Assembly (NCBI GenBank): GCA_004022145.1
Contig: RCNU01000007.1
Origin: Paecilomyces variotii
Lineage: Eukaryota
Reading direction: 5' to 3' (one strand)
DNA length: 64,000 nucleotides
The translations under genes and the position numbers were made by a program. Below, in pieces: positions 42,101-53,598 of the stretch. Under the pieces are notes generated by a model. It was given only the letters and a program-made list of their open reading frames with translations. It ran no database searches and was not told the DNA's origin. Each line of letters opens with the position of its first letter. Position 1 is the stretch's first letter.

Positions 42101-43199
42101 GAAAGGCCCGTGGCGAACCAAGATCAAACAGATCCGATCGCTCCTTCTGGTCATCGACTAGATACGAGCATTAATTTACTAGTAACGCGGCCACACCTCC
42201 AGAGAGGCGGATCCTGCATATTTCAGCTGGCTCCTGTCAAACTTTGCCCGCCGCGATGTCTTTGCCAGGGAACTTTGTCTTGTCTTTGTCCCGTACTTTA
42301 ATGGACGCTACTTCTCCCGACTGACATCACAGAGCGCGTCTGCGTGATATGCGCGCGCCACTCGTTGACCTGTGAGCAAGGCCATCTCCCTAATCCAGGA
42401 CAGACATGGAGGCAAAAGAACGGTGTAAAAGGTCGAGACAAACGAGTATGGCGTGCCAGGAACTGTCCCTGGCCGCCCCATTTTCTAAGGGGATCCAGGG
42501 CACTAATGCCTTCTCTATAAAGACAGGCTATCAGAACGCACGGTACCACCTTGGGACGGTAAAAAATCAAGTGGTGTTGCCTATAGTTTATGTCTTTCCG
42601 TGAGATCTCAAGTCATCTTCTCCCGGCCCCCCTTTTTTGCACTCGCTCTCGTTGTCTCTTTCGGCTCCAGGACAACCGCATTCGGCCTCCCTGAACTGCG
42701 CCACGGCGGCTTTTCCCTGCCTTTTCTTCCGCGTGCAACAACCGCGGCTTTAGGCGTGAATGAATTGATATAGAGTTCGAGGTATACATTAACTACCCCC
42801 GAGAGACTTAGTCTTGGACTCAGATGACCCCAGCGTGACTGTCTGGTGTCCGAGCTCTCTCTCGTGTCGAAACTTCCCGCCTCGTCTGGTTCGTCCCTTG
42901 CCAGCCTCATTTTACAACGGACAGCACCAGAGGTCGAAACTTTCTATCACGGGGTCGTAGGGCTTACGGTCCCTGCGAGCCCGACACAGTCGGCGTGTCA
43001 TTTTTTCGTGCTGACTTGGGCGCAGCGCCGCCTGCAAGCCATCTTACCTTCGCCTGTCTGGCAGGGCTAGTGTCTTAGACGCGTGGGTTCCCGCGAACTG
43101 GCTAAACGGCCATCATATCCCTCGTGCATAGCAGCAAGGCGTATCGTGAGCATATCAAGCACTAGATTTCCAAGAACACAAAAGGGATCCGCATTCAAC

Positions 43200-43985
43200 A
43201 TGCCGCCAGATCGATCATCTTTCACGGCGTTGAATCTGCCCTCGACGTTTTCTCTGCCCGAATGTATGGAATATTTCACACTCCCTGCCGGCCCTAACAC
43301 AGACCTCTGGAGAAAACCACCGAATGGCGACACTTCGACGGCTCCGATAGTGTATACTTCTTTACGGCACCCGTTCGTGGTCGCTGAAGTCACGGTCAGC
43401 GCTGATTGGGAAATGGAATGGGACCAAGGCGGACTCGTCATTTTCGCCGGTGCAGCGCCCGGGGAGTCATTGCCATCAGATTCTCAAACGCCTTCCGGAG
43501 GCCGTACCGGACGACCCGGCTGGAACCACGCATCTCGATCGTGTAAATGGGTGAAGGCAGGCATGGAGTTTTGTTCCGGCACTGTCAACGCGTCTTCAGT
43601 AAGTGCAACTGCTGACGGAGCAGACTGGTGCCTGTCACCACTTGCACTGCCAAACCTTCCGACTGCTGTCACCTCGTTGCGCATCAAACTGGAGAGGATA
43701 GGCCATTCCCTCTGGATCTGGTACCAGATCCCTTCAGTGTCTCCTTACGCTTTATCCCCAGGCGCAGTCGGCAACACTTGGAAGAAACTGAGGGAAGTGA
43801 CGTGGTTTTTCTATGGAGTGGAGGACAAGTTCGTCCATGTCGGTGTCTACGCCAGTCGACCGACAAGTGTATCGAGAGGCGACACAATGTGGGAGACAAT
43901 GAATGCTTCTCGATCAGCGACCTCGGCAGCGGATAACGATTCAGATCGACTGGTGGTCGAGTTCGAAGATCTGGAAATATTTTAA
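43200..43985 (+). CDS. DUF1349 / concanavalin-A-like fold protein, intronless
   Basis: TDLWRKPP, WDQGGLVIF, KWVKAGMEF, ADWCLSP, KKLREVTW and VGVYASRP motifs; first ATG at 43200. Confidence 0.78.
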   Translation: MPPDRSSFTALNLPSTFSLPECMEYFTLPAGPNTDLWRKPPNGDTSTAPIVYTSLRHPFVVAEVTVSADWEMEWDQGGLVIFAGAAPGESLPSDSQTPSGGRTGRPGWNHASRSCKWVKAGMEFCSGTVNASSVSATADGADWCLSPLALPNLPTAVTSLRIKLERIGHSLWIWYQIPSVSPYALSPGAVGNTWKKLREVTWFFYGVEDKFVHVGVYASRPTSVSRGDTMWETMNASRSATSAADNDSDRLVVEFEDLEIF

Positions 43986-45955
43986 GCGTGTTTATGTCTG
44001 GGAACGCTTTGGTTGATAGAGAAAACGGATAGTTTGGCGTTTCCCTGTTGCCTGTCTTTTACTATTTTCTTTCACATTGCTACGACCATTTAAGCCAGTG
44101 TCTTAATTCTTTTTTTTTTTCCTGTGATTTTTCCTTGGCTTACTCAACATCCAATATTTGGCGTCGGTTTAGAGGTTCTATCAGCATAACCAAGATTGCG
44201 GAGAGTTGTGCATCCGATTTTTGTCTTTTGGAAAGGTCCATTTGCTCTTGTACTATGGTCACGAGCTCTATCCTATTCATATGCTTCTGGGCCTTATTGC
44301 CCCCCACTGTGGTTTTTTATCATAAGACTACCTAATTGATCCATGAACCATATCTGAACCTTCGCCTTAGATCAAGTCTGATAGCTTTCACCTTCCTCTT
44401 CAGTTGGAACATAGGGGGCACACGATGGTACGGTAAACAAATCTTTGGGAGGGTATTGTCCTTGCTGGGCCCGGAAAGTATCACTATTTCCTCAGTCGAG
44501 GCACCAACTGGGAACCTTGCATTAGCCTGCAGACTTCTCATAGGACAGAACGATCGTGGCTGAACATATGAACTTCATCCAATGGGTCGGGTCGTTACCC
44601 ACAGTGATAGTCTCCCAGCTCAGCCTCAGTGCAGTTCTGAAGATCTAGATCTCTGTAGTACAACTTCTAATTCTTTGTGGCGAAGTACATACTTAACAGT
44701 TTGCAGTAATGCGCGACCACGTCACCATACACACACAATGCATGAACTCGCCGATAAGGTACGCGCAGCTGAACGATCTAAAGTAGTTCGTGTAACAGGT
44801 AGCATATGGCAAACTTCTTCGAAGCCGATCTACTACTTATGTCGTCAGCTTCTAATAAACTATAGGAATAAGTGCCGGGATTAGCCGCCAAGCCAAGCCC
44901 AAACTACGTGATGGAGTCGTTGTGCTGTATGTGCTCGGAAAGTCATAGAGCCCTATCAGAAAATAATAAATGGAAGTGTAATCAGGATGTCAGCTGAAAA
45001 AAAAAAAATAACGCTAACAGGGGGGGATGTGCGGAGAATTTGTGTCTGGCAGCAGCTCTCCACGAACCGATTGTCTACTGCAGACGCAGTTGATGTCTTG
45101 ACTCCTGAAGAGAAAATAGATCAGGTAGTATTCAATAGAGTGTGTGTGTGTGAATACACCAAGCTTCAGAGCCCGGCGAGAGGATGTATTAAGATTCGGA
45201 GAAATCAAAAATTATCAGCGCTTGCGTTGTGCATGGACTGGGATAGTTTTTAGCGCAGGTATTCGCTTAGACACCAAACATCATTTCGACGACAACTAAG
45301 TAGAGTAATCTCTACTGTGGAATGACACGGCACAAGCAAACACTGTGCGAAGAACAAGTCGCTAAACCTTACCAATAATAATAAGACATTGCTTGTTAGG
45401 CCAGAGTTTCCCCTATCAATAATTGATCCCTCCACCTATACAAATTCGAGATAGAAGATTCAGAAATTGTGCGGGGTCCCTGAAGTGGGGAAACTTGTCA
45501 TCAAGCACCATCAGCTGTCCAGGATACGATCTAAATATAGAGCCGCATTTTACCCTAGTAATATACCCTGTTTAGGCTCATTTGCTGGTATCATCTGTGC
45601 TTCTGTTAGTTGAGGGCAGTGGAGGGGGGGGAATTAATCTATGGTATTTAGTTACTCTCCATCACGGCCCCACATACTGATGGAGAAGCTGTCACTCTTT
45701 GTGAATCACGAGTCTTTTCTACTGCGCCATATTCCGGTAATTATTGGTGTTACCATGTCCTCTGGGTAGGTAGTTAATGATACCGAGGATCATCGAGCTG
45801 GTGGGGGGTCTATGGGTACCCCGCATGCTAATGGGAGGGAGTAGATAGATATAACCTTTCTGCTCTATACGATCTTATGCATTTAGGACCTCATGTGAAA
45901 AGTGATATTCAACAGATGATATTCCGCTTACTGAGTTAATGTCAAGCGGCTAACT

Positions 45956-47345
45956 ATGCATTCCCAGCCATCCGTCATCGTTGTATGTACATTTCCTAAC
46001 TAATCGCGAGGCTAACGGATCGGAATCATACCAATTAACCATTTCCACAGGTTGGCGCAGGTCCCGTTGGCCTTCTTGTCGGACTGCGCCTCGCAAAAGC
46101 AGGAATCCACACCACCATATTAGAACGTCTGCCTGCAATCGAAAATTCGCCTCGCGCAGCAGTGTATCAGCCAGTAGCAGTGCAAGAGCTCGATAGGGCA
46201 GGTATCCTAGAAGCGTGCCGCGCAATCGGAACGACGGGGAGTAAATTGGCTTTCAGAAAACAGACAGGTGAAGTAATTCTCGAAGTCTCTCGGGTGCCTA
46301 CTCCAGAGGAGCCATACGAGAACCTAGTTCTGGGACAGCATGAACTGGCGCGTGTTATTCTGGATAATTTCGAACAGTGCGGGACTGCTCAAGTGCTCTT
46401 CGAGCATTTTGTCGTTGGCATCGACCAAGATGACACGGGAGTCACAGCTACTGTAGAGACGCCGGATGGGACCAAGAAGCTAACAGCGTCCTATCTTGTT
46501 GGAGCGGATGGTGGAAGGAGCTCCGTACGGCAGTTGGTCAATGTTCCTTTCGAAGGTTTTACATGGCCGCAGCAAATTGTCGCTACTAATGTTGTATATC
46601 CATTTGATAAGTATGGATATGCACCGGGGAATATGATCGTGTTAGTGCAATGTTCCAATTCCTTGCATTATATATAGCCAGGATACTGATCTGACCACTG
46701 CGCAGGCATAAAGACAACTACGCCGTCATCGCAAAGCTGAACAAACAGGGACTATGGAGAGTATCCTATGGCGAGTTGGGCGGTCTTTCGGAGAGAGAGC
46801 TCCGGGATAGACTACCTATGAAATACGACGCGCTCCTTCCAGGACCAAGGCCCCTGCGCTATGACTTGAGGATGTTTTCTCCGTATCGAATTCATCAAAA
46901 ATGTGCGAAAACATTTCGCATCGGCCGCGTCCTCCTGGCGGGAGATGCTGCTCATCTGTGCAATCCGTTTGGGGGGTGAGTTGATCCCAGAAATAGCTTC
47001 GAACCAGCGAGCGACGTTAGTTACGGTCTAATGCACCTGGGGATATAGTCTGGGTCTAACAGGGGGGCTTCTCGATGCCGGAGCTCTGGGTGATGCTCTT
47101 AGTGCCACCATTAACGACAAAGCGCCGGATAGTATACTCGACAGATACTCTGAGGTTAGAAGGGGCATCTTTCTCAAAGTCATTGATCCGGCATCCCAGG
47201 CGAACATTCGTCGGTTGTACGAGAACGACCCAGAGGGTATATAAGGACAGATCCTTTGCTACGAGCCGTCCACAGCGCCGATGAGAAGGAGAAAGAGAAA
47301 ATGCGAGGCATGCAAACGTTGCGCGTGGAGCTGCTGCCAAATTGA
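45956..47345 (+). pseudogene. FAD-dependent aromatic monooxygenase (FAD_binding_3, PHBH-like) with C-terminal frameshift
   Basis: VIV|VGAGPVGL (GxGxxG), LVGADGGRS and VLLAGDAAH motifs. The final exon hits TAA at 47242-47244, while a protein-like continuation runs in another frame to TGA at 47343-47345. Confidence 0.75.
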
Positions 47346-47883
47346 AACTGCAACGAACAGTTAGCTTATATTCATGGTAAGGCACATTCATTAGCCGCAG
47401 AATACTCCGTAATATCCTTGTCCGTGACGAATAGTAATAAAGCAAAAGATGGCACTTCTGATTTTATCCTAGATTGGTTACACGAATACCAAGCCTTCCC
47501 CGGGAACAACATGCCTTGCATAACTGGCGGTTGGCGGGGAGCTAGTGAAGTTACTTGATCTACAGACAGGAAGACGACTCCCAAAGGACATTCTCGTCAC
47601 ATCCCATCCAGACAAAAACAGAAAGAGAATGATTAATAAAGAAAGATTCATATAATTTATTTCCAAGCCCTTACATGTCTTACACACGCGGTTAACTGGT
47701 GACACGTGGTTGGCCCGTCGTACCCACTCTAAGTCCGGAAAAGCCGGTCCGCCTGGCAACAACTAAGTTGCTCTTGTCCTCGGTCCTCCGCCATCCTTTC
47801 CATTCTCCAGCATCAAATCAGCATTTATACGTCGCAGTTAACTTTGGATTGATTGAATCTTTACGCTCGTTACTTTGGAGGAT

Positions 47884-49146
47884 ATGGGAGTCCAGGATGT
47901 TACCCCGTTTTGGGGAGAGCAGACGTCCTATCTGAAGTAAGACCCGTAGTCCAAAGATTGCGCCCCTTCCGTCCGGATGGATGGGATCCTTCTCGTTTGA
48001 GAAAGAGAGAGAGAGAGAGAGAGAACAGTAGTGCTAACCGGTGTCTGGCAGCTTTTGCGAAGAGGTGAACTTTACATCAGTTCTAGATCCTGTCACGATG
48101 AACGGGTCTGACATGAGTGAAAAATCGTAGGACTATGCTATCACGAGATATATCGCAGAGTTCATTAATACTCTGTCAAGTCTTATTTACAGTAAGTCCC
48201 ATGGCTAAGGCAATTGATCTCCCCTGGTTCTGAAGACGGGCAATTCTAGTTGTCTATGGTATATATGGCTTGCGTAAAGTTTCCGGCAAGCCTGGAGCCG
48301 GACTGCGTTCTCTCGTTTATTACGGATTGATGGGAGTCGGTGTCTGCTCGGGAGCGTACCATTTGAGTTTGAAATATCACACGCAAATGTGTAAGTGACG
48401 CTCTTGTCGTGGTTGTTTCTTCTATGCGTGAGATTTCTGATAACCATGACCAGCCGACGAATTGTCTATGCACCTGACGACAGCGCCTCTTTTGCACCGT
48501 GTCCTGACCTTTGGTAAGAGTCAGCGGTACACGAATGTCCTTGGTGCGATTATGTCAGTTGCTTGGCTGGTGGGATTTATTATTCATGCCACCATGGACG
48601 AGTTTTTGCTCCATGCTGTCAGTTTTGCTGTCTCGGTCTATATAATCGGTATCAAGACAAGCCGGCTGTTATCTGAACGAGTCCGGAATCCTGTATATCG
48701 AGCAAAGGCCCAAGGAATGGCTCGGTTTGGTGTCTGTAAGTGTGCTACTGCGGAGTTCCAAAGAAAGCTATTCGTGCGCAGTGTATTGATGATGCAAACC
48801 AGTGGCTGCCTCTTGTGGTTACATTGTCTGGCTGATCGATCGTTGGGTCTGCGACAGCCTGATCAAGATGAGAGGGGTTGTTGGCCTCCCCTTGGCTTTC
48901 CTATTCGAGCTACATGGATGGTATGATCTTGCAACTCTTCATTGACGGTGCCGTTTCGCGCTCATGGCTAAATCTAACCACAGGTGGCACGTTCTTACTT
49001 GCATTGGTGCATACACCTTTATCGCGCTCGTTGACTATATTACGACCGAAGACGTGGACAAAGATCCCGTCGAGCTTCTTGCCTGGCCTTCTTCCTGGGC
49101 TGCAGAATCGGTCTTTGCTCCGAAGAAGCATCTCAAAGACCTGTAG
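47884..49146 (+). CDS. Alkaline (phyto)ceramidase, CREST family, multi-exon
   Basis: FWGEQTSYL|NFCEE|DYAITRYIAEFINTLSS, GVCSGAYH, DELSM and LELHGW|WHVLTCIGAY motifs. Confidence 0.88.
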
Positions 49147-49588
49147 GCAAAGGTAACAATGAGCAGCACAGTTTTTGAGATCACGGCGGCTGGATAACAT
49201 CCATTTTTTTTTTTATGCGACGGCGATATATACCTCGTCGTTAGAGCGAAACACCGAACACGAACCATAAAATCATGTGTAGTACACGCAGGGGATATTG
49301 TTAGATACACGTCTATGAGGTTACTTGGGTCAATGGCATCAAAAGGTTATTATATCAAAATTCTCTGTAGGGATGAAAGAGTATTACGCCCTACGACATG
49401 TCCGAAAGTTATGGTGGCCAGATTGAGTTAAGTAAGCCAGTGGAGAACTCCTCCCCGCACATGGGTTCCAACTTGACCGATTCGGCTCGAGATAGATTCC
49501 ATCCTCTGTCGTTTCAATTCGAGGATTTCATCTGTATTCTGCATTATAAAACAGAAAATCACTCCAAGAATCCCTGCTGCAGCCTGGA

Positions 49589-49870
49589 ATGGATTTCGAG
49601 CTTCGAGAAAATCATCTCACCGCTGCCGCGGCTACTGCATCCACATACCATTTGACTCATCGATATGATGCTCAGGATGGAATATCGAATGAAACGCTAA
49701 CTGCTAGGCAAGAAGAGAATGATACAAACGAACAGAGCCATGGAATCAGCTACGACAACAATGAACGGACTCTCAATGATTCCTATTTCCAGCAAAGTGA
49801 CCATACCAGCCAACAACAACGACAGCTTCCTCGAGCGGATGGGGGGAAAGATGCCTGGTTATTTCTCGCA
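49589..49870 (+). pseudogene. 5' fragment of an MFS monocarboxylate transporter (Mch/MCT-like), truncated
   Basis: Hydrophilic N terminus then LPRADGGKDAWLFLA, the motif preceding TM1 of fungal MCT-like MFS proteins. Similarity is lost immediately and a stop follows at 49892-49894; no remainder recognised in the window. Confidence 0.72.
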
Positions 49871-49896
49871 TATGCCATCTCCCCGGTGACTTAAAT

Positions 49897-50445
49897 CTAA
49901 ACGCGAATGAGAATCGGTAAAATCTGCTGGATATCCGTACTCCCGTCAGCTGAGAGCTGACGCAGGGATTCCCGGTCTTCAAGAATGTGATCGATTGTTT
50001 CCGCCCTGCCGGAGGCATGGTAGATTTGAGCTATCGCCGCGTGGGTCTCGAGGAGAACACGACTAGGCAGCTGAGTCCTATTGCCGTGCGGCTTAGAAAA
50101 ACGAACATATTCTGCGCGGCCATGGGAACGCTTTCTGAGGGCGTTCCGCGGGAAACGAGGGTACGTCTTGATCTTGTAGGTGTGCTCTTCATTCTGGTTT
50201 AGTGAGCAGAAATTCTTTTTGTATAATTTTAGGTTTATACTAACCGTGCTTTCAAAAGCCAGCTTCAGTTTGCCCCATAGCTCGTTGAGAATGGGGATCA
50301 TAATCATCGTATTTGTCGGTTCGTTGATCAGATCTGGTTTTATGACGTCCTCGAGGTCGGGAAACAAGGCAGAAAGCGTAGTCCATATATTAACGACATC
50401 GTTTTCCTGAGTATTAAGATTAGAAAGTTTGGAATAATAAGAGAT

Positions 50446-50525
<80 letters not shown>

Positions 50526-51194
50526 AAAGAAGACGTACCTGCTCACGGGTCTCGTACACTCCAAGGGCAAATGGTATTATATGAGATAGGTTGGTAGGAT
50601 ACATGCCATCATCGTACTCCTCGTCCGAGATGTCGGGGAACTTATCCCGGCACTCTGCCGCGTAATGATCAGTAACAACACAGCGATAATTGTCTCTTTC
50701 AAGACAGATCTTTTTTAAGTTCTGCTGATCGTTCTGAGAAGAAGATTCTACCATTTCTTGGGCGACATCGTCTGGGCGTCCAAAAGGAGAGGGTGTTACA
50801 GTCTGGTTCTGACCTCCGCAGGCTCTCACTAGAATTTTTCAGTGTTAGCCATATTATAGAATTATATGTGAACAATAATTACTATAAAATAAAGGATGAA
50901 CTTACTTGGAGCTAGAACCGCGGTAAAAAGATGGTGTGATAGCTCCTTAAGAGAAGTCATCTCAGGATGCTCGATGATGTATTGACATATTGTCCGTTTT
51001 CCAAGAGCCGGCAAGAAATCGATAAAGCTTTGGATGGTCTTCGCAGTGCAGTCTGTACCATAAGAAAGACAATACTGAGAAAGGATCTCGCGTGCTTCTT
51101 TTTCTTCTTCGCAGACACTGGCTGGATCCGATGATAGAGAGGAGATGGAATCGCTTAAATCACTTAGTTCTTGTGTTAGCTGAGACAAAGTCAT
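49897..51194 (-). CDS. Fungal HNH-family endonuclease (HNH_2-like); exons 51194-50906, 50828-50539, 50406-50245, 50193-49897
   Basis: LKKICLERDNYRCVVT...LSHIIPFAL...INEPTNTMIM...KLAFE...LPSRVLLETHAAIAQIYHASG. Three GT-AG introns splice into one open frame. Confidence 0.85.
50446..50527. repeat. (AAAG)n tetranucleotide microsatellite in HNH intron 2
   Basis: About 20 perfect AAAG units read directly. Confidence 0.95.
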
Positions 51195-51404
51195 CGTGAA
51201 GGCTTGGCTGCAGATAGAGAATAGGGTCTGATGGTTCTAATTGATCGAAAAGCTAGTTGTCGAAGCGAGGCTGGATGAGTTAGTTGGAATAAAGGCAGTT
51301 AAGAGTGTCCAAGGCGAGAACTTTGGTGAGGTCAGAGAGAAGTGTTCCGCGATCCCGTTCTTGCTTACCTATTTAGGTAGCTACCATACCGGTCCTTGGT
51401 TGGG

Positions 51405-51845
51405 ACTTTAAATGGTAAGAACTCGGTCGAAAATCGGTAATTCAACAAAAAGGGTATACTACGAAGTCGACATGTTTAACAGAAGTATTTAAAGAACATT
51501 AAAATTATTTAACGTTGTGTACTTCTAACGTTAGTTATGTAAAAGGTATACGAATCGTCTTATAATTGAAAGGTAAACGAATTCGGAACGTTACCAAAAG
51601 GTTCCTAACGGTTCAGCAAATTCAATGTTCGGACTAGTTTTCGAACGTTTAATCTGTTGCTTAATGGTTTATTCTGTAAACGTTACTACTTCAAAAGGTA
51701 TTTGGAAGGTTAAGAAACTGTTATAAACGTTTTGCATTAGTAACATTAATTTTGCTAACCGTCGAAGAATCGATTTAAATTGTCAACGCTGCTAATAGAA
51801 AACGGTATACGGTCGGAAACGCTAGACAGATTATTACGTAAAAAC
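51405..51845. repeat. Degenerate array of AACGTT/AAAGGT/AACGGT motifs (putative transposon subterminal region)
   Basis: Over 20 related hexamers, e.g. 51511, 51527, 51542, 51569, 51587, 51597, 51607, 51644, 51663, 51679, 51694, 51726, 51801. Confidence 0.6.
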
Positions 51846-52091
51846 CGAGGAATGTCAATATTTAAACATGCTCTCCAGGTCAAACCATTGCAGGATCGCA
51901 CGTTCATCTTGTATCATATTCAGATAACCATACATCTCTAAGATATAACGTCCCATTGTCCTATTCGAATGTTGCATCATTATGTGACATTCGACCCGTC
52001 ATCCTATGTAATTCGCGCCACTATCGTCATTAGCTCGAAGTCTCAAGATATTTCCACTATGCACTTACCTTATTGACAGTGCGTGTCCTAT

Positions 52092-52163
52092 GTACCTCTC
52101 GCGTACCTCTCGCGTACCTATCGCGTACCTATCGCGTACCTATCGCGTACCTATCGCGTACCT
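52092..52163. repeat. 11-bp tandem repeat GTACCT(C/A)TCGC x6.5
   Basis: Two GTACCTCTCGC, four GTACCTATCGC and a partial GTACCT, read directly. Confidence 0.97.
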
Positions 52164-53598
52164 TGTTAAAGCCGAGTTAATTCCCAAAAAAAGTAATAGA
52201 TCTATATCTTATGGTGTTGAGAAATTGAGCGACTAAGGGTTGGCCTTAGCAAAACATTAAGGTTACTTAGTCTGTATAGTACTTTAAGTTAGTTAGAGGT
52301 AGTCCGGCAATGTGCGTGCGTAAGAATTTCCTTAAAAGATAGGTATATATAACTTATAGTCGGCAAGTTAAATATTGTTTATATTCATAACATTTTGCGA
52401 GTATTAAAACATATATTAAGCTAATATTATTTATCTTATAGTTTAAAATTATATTATTAGAAGTGTAATTATTATTAAGGTTAAGTATCCTAATGCCGCA
52501 ACTAGTTAGTTATATACCTAGGTATCTTAATATTATAACTAGTTATTATAATAGGTAGGATATTAATATAACTCTTAAAAAATCAAAGGGGAAACTTAGG
52601 ATTATATATACTCTCTAATTTATCTTAGGAGCTAGTAATCTTTAATATCTCTAATATAGGGTCAGTGTTTCTATCTATAAGGGATACCTCTAAAAAAGCT
52701 ATTTAGTATTATATTTATTACTAATATCTAGATTAAATAGCGCTTAATTTAAAAAGCTATATATATTAGCCTATTATTAGAGATATATAGCCTATCTTTT
52801 ATAATCTATTTGCTTTAAATAAGTTTAGCATATAATTATTAGATTAACTTTAAAGACTAACTTTAAGGATTAATTTTTAATATACTTATCTTAAGACTTC
52901 TATAATTCTAGATAGTAAGTATTATTATCTCTTTAATTTACCTTTTTAATAAAACGGGAATATATTTATATCTTTTATCTAGGATCCTTTTATTATTATT
53001 TTAGTATTAGTATTTAATCTATATTAAATAATTAATTAATACTTATTTTATATAATCTGTATCTTATAATAAGACTTTAACTTATATTTATAGGTATTAT
53101 TACTATTATTATATAAAAATTAAGTAAAAGAAGAGAGAGCACGCAATTTTAATATATTTTTAAGGAGATAATATATTTTTAAAGAAGTAATATCCTTTTA
53201 ATAAAGGAATAGCAGTTATTATCTTATATTAAAATAAAGGGAAGATAGATAAAATAGAATTAGTTACTTAAAGTATTTAAATAACTATATAATATTAGAT
53301 AGATAAGAGAAAAAAAAAAGCTATATTAAGATAAAGAAAAGAGACTAAAAAGAAGGGCTTAGAGAGTAAATTATAAGAGATAAAGAACTGCTATAGAGTA
53401 AGATAAAACCTTATTTATTTAATACTTTATATTATATAGTATTTATTATAAAAATATAAATATTAATAGCTAGCTAAGAGTCTCCCCTTTAATCTTATTA
53501 TTTATATATATAAATTAGTAAGACTATTAATACTACTATAAAAGTCTAATATATTAAATCTAATATATTCTAATTCTTAATATAACTCTATATAACTG

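Noticed and set aside
47237-47250. 14-nt GT...AG micro-intron (GTATATAAGGACAG) that would restore the monooxygenase frame
   Set aside because: Far below spliceosomal intron size in these fungi and lacks a branch point; a frameshift is more parsimonious.
45956-49894. Secondary-metabolite gene cluster (monooxygenase, ceramidase, MFS)
   Set aside because: No backbone enzyme or regulator, and two of the three genes are damaged.
49870-49896. Helitron 3' end at the MFS/HNH junction
   Set aside because: No convincing GC hairpin plus CTRR terminus, and no Rep/helicase remnant recognised.
49897-51194. Fanzor/TnpB/IscB RNA-guided nuclease
   Set aside because: No RuvC motifs or C-terminal zinc ribbon seen; it matches the fungal HNH_2 pattern only.
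51405-52163. CRISPR array next to an HNH nuclease
   Set aside because: No 23-47 bp identical repeats with unique equal-length spacers; eukaryotic context and no cas genes. The 11-mer is a spacerless tandem repeat.
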